From Bacteroidales bacterium UBA1756 (GTDB taxonomy: Bacteria > Bacteroidota > Bacteroidia > Bacteroidales > WCHB1-69), in the NCBI GenBank assembly GCA_002314795.1, contig DCHI01000045.1, positions 3,795 through 67,794 on the forward strand: 64,000 bases of DNA, given 5' to 3'. Under the pieces are notes generated by a model. The model saw only the letters and a program-made list of their open reading frames with translations, was not told where the DNA came from and did not search any database. The position numbers and the translations under genes were made by a program. Below, one piece after another: positions 62,659 to 64,000 of this stretch. Positions within the stretch are counted from its first letter, which is position 1. Each line of letters starts with the position of its first letter.

Positions 62659-62779
62659 GAAAAAAAATGTTCTATTCTCGTGAAAAAACTCAATTCGTTG
62701 AGTTTTTAACAAAAAAAGGAGGCAATAAATTGAGGGTATTTATTTTTTAGAAAAATGATGGAAATGTGCTTTTTATTGT

Positions 62780-62787
62780 TACCTTTG
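62780..62787 (+). promoter_or_regulatory. -7 promoter box (TACCTTTG) for the NuoE/F-like operon
   Basis: Matches TAnnTTTG, 60 nt upstream of the 62847 ATG. Confidence 0.5.
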
Positions 62788-62846
62788 CCGCGCTTTTCGT
62801 GTGAACGAATAAACCATATTTTATTATAAACAAAAACAAGGTAACT

Positions 62847-63242
62847 ATGGAAAAAATCAAATCATTAGCGGATTTGAAGAAGAAAAGAGAAGAACTTCAA
62901 TCCAACTTACAGTTGCGCGAAATGGGCGACAACGTTGACAACATGATCCAGGTCAAAGTCGCTATGGCTACCTGTGGTATTGCTTCCGGTGCAAAGCAGG
63001 TGATGGAAACCATCATCAACGAAAGCAAAAACCGCAATTTGTCTGTCGTTGTTACTCAAACAGGCTGTATGGGCTATTGCTACGCCGAACCCACTGTAGA
63101 AGTAAAGAAACCCGGCCAAGAGCCCGTCGTCTTCGGTTACATCACTCCTGCTAAAGCCGTCGAATTGGTTGAAAAATACCTCGCTGGCAATGAAATGTTG
63201 GATGGTGTCATCCCCGTTAACTATGAAAAAATCGATAAATAA
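62847..63242 (+). CDS. thioredoxin-like [2Fe-2S] ferredoxin domain protein (NuoE/HydC-related)
   Basis: 131 aa. Cys pattern ATCG..../..TGCMGYC is typical of thioredoxin-like 2Fe-2S ferredoxins. Sits upstream of a NuoF-like gene. Confidence 0.7.
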   Translation: MEKIKSLADLKKKREELQSNLQLREMGDNVDNMIQVKVAMATCGIASGAKQVMETIINESKNRNLSVVVTQTGCMGYCYAEPTVEVKKPGQEPVVFGYITPAKAVELVEKYLAGNEMLDGVIPVNYEKIDK

Positions 63243-63262
63243 CCAATAAAAACAATAACAGA

Positions 63263-64000
63263 ATGGCTAATTACAAATACCATATCTTGATTTGTGGCGG
63301 TACGGGATGTCACGCTTCCCAAAGCGCCAAGATTAAAGAGAATTTCGTACAACTCCTCAAGGAGAAAAACTTAGAGAATGACGTTCAAATCGTAGGTACC
63401 GGTTGCTTCGGCTTCTGCGAAAAGGGTCCCATCGTTAAGATTTTGCCCGACAATACTTTCTACACTCAGGTTAAACCTGAGGATTGCCGTGAAATCGTTG
63501 ACGAACACATCGTTAAGGGTAGAAAAGTTGAACGTTTGCTCTATTTGGATCCGAAAACACAAGAGCACAGAAGCGACTCCAAACATATGGGGTTCTACAA
63601 GAAACAGATGCGTATCGCTTTGCGTAACTGCGGTTTCATCAATCCTGAAAACATTGACGAATACATCGCTCGCGATGGTTATAAAGCTCTCGCAGCCGTT
63701 CTCGAAAAGAACGACCCCGAAGGTACCATCGAAGATATCAAGAAGTCTGGCCTCCGCGGTCGTGGTGGCGCTGGCTTCCCTACTGGTGTAAAATGGAGTC
63801 TTTGTCGTCCTAACAAAGCCGATCAGAAATATATGATTTGCAACGCTGACGAAGGTGACCCGGGTGCATTTATGGACCGTTCCATCTTGGAAGGCGACCC
63901 GCACAGCATCATTGAAGCTATGGCTATCGGCGGTTTCTGTATCGGTGCTACCAAAGGTTTAGTTTACATCCGTGCTGAATACCCGCTCGCTATCCACCGT
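63263..64000 (+). CDS. NuoF/HydB-like NADH-binding flavoprotein subunit (5' part; runs off the window)
   Basis: Not in the ORF track because no stop lies within the window. Hand translation: MANYKYHILICGGTGCHA... with an N-terminal 2Fe-2S thioredoxin-like domain, then GLRGRGGAGFPTGVKW and NADEGDPGAFMDR (the FMN/NADH site of NuoF). Confidence 0.85.
   Translation, partial: MANYKYHILICGGTGCHASQSAKIKENFVQLLKEKNLENDVQIVGTGCFGFCEKGPIVKILPDNTFYTQVKPEDCREIVDEHIVKGRKVERLLYLDPKTQEHRSDSKHMGFYKKQMRIALRNCGFINPENIDEYIARDGYKALAAVLEKNDPEGTIEDIKKSGLRGRGGAGFPTGVKWSLCRPNKADQKYMICNADEGDPGAFMDRSILEGDPHSIIEAMAIGGFCIGATKGLVYIRAEYPLAIHR

Overview
This 64-kb window looks like a chromosomal segment of a Bacteroidota (Bacteroidales-like) genome. 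Three things support that: (i) TAnnTTTG -7 promoter boxes sit 20-200 nt upstream of most start codons; (ii) three secreted proteins end in T9SS C-terminal sorting domains; (iii) a TonB-dependent receptor lies behind a TPP riboswitch.

I support about 55 protein genes, one tRNA-Glu(UUC), one TPP riboswitch, several rho-independent terminators and a set of short intergenic repeats. Most genes are housekeeping: ruvX-def, LPS-type glycosyltransferases, a membrane pyrophosphatase, nusB-DUF1573-yajC, glnS, ffh, aspC, lpxH-like, comM, dapB, rlmD, trkAH, lysS, coaE, a heptose kinase, and the start of a NuoEF/hydrogenase-type operon.

Observations worth a second look:
1. A tightly packed minus-strand operon (39943 down to 34667) joins dapB to an APH-like kinase, a polar-amino-acid ABC importer and a RelA/SpoT-domain pyrophosphokinase. 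The importer's binding domain appears circularly permuted, and its ATPase and the RelA/SpoT protein both carry unassigned C-terminal extensions.
2. A dispersed, polar family of 9-bp tandem arrays (TAAAGTTYR)n occurs in at least six intergenic regions. Three of these arrays run straight into -7 promoter boxes.
3. GTAG-headed REP-like palindromes at two loci share a conserved loop and differ by compensatory stem substitutions.
4. A perfect 21-bp inverted repeat carries two divergent promoters.
5. Two adjacent giant modular T9SS cargo genes (1195 and 1906 aa).
6. An AT-rich two-gene secreted module of unknown function with a long leader.

I saw no CRISPR array, rRNA, transposase, integrase or prophage genes. 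All functional calls rest on motifs I recognised by eye in the supplied translations. No database search was run. Several start codons were moved relative to the ORF track because a promoter box lies inside the extended ORF.
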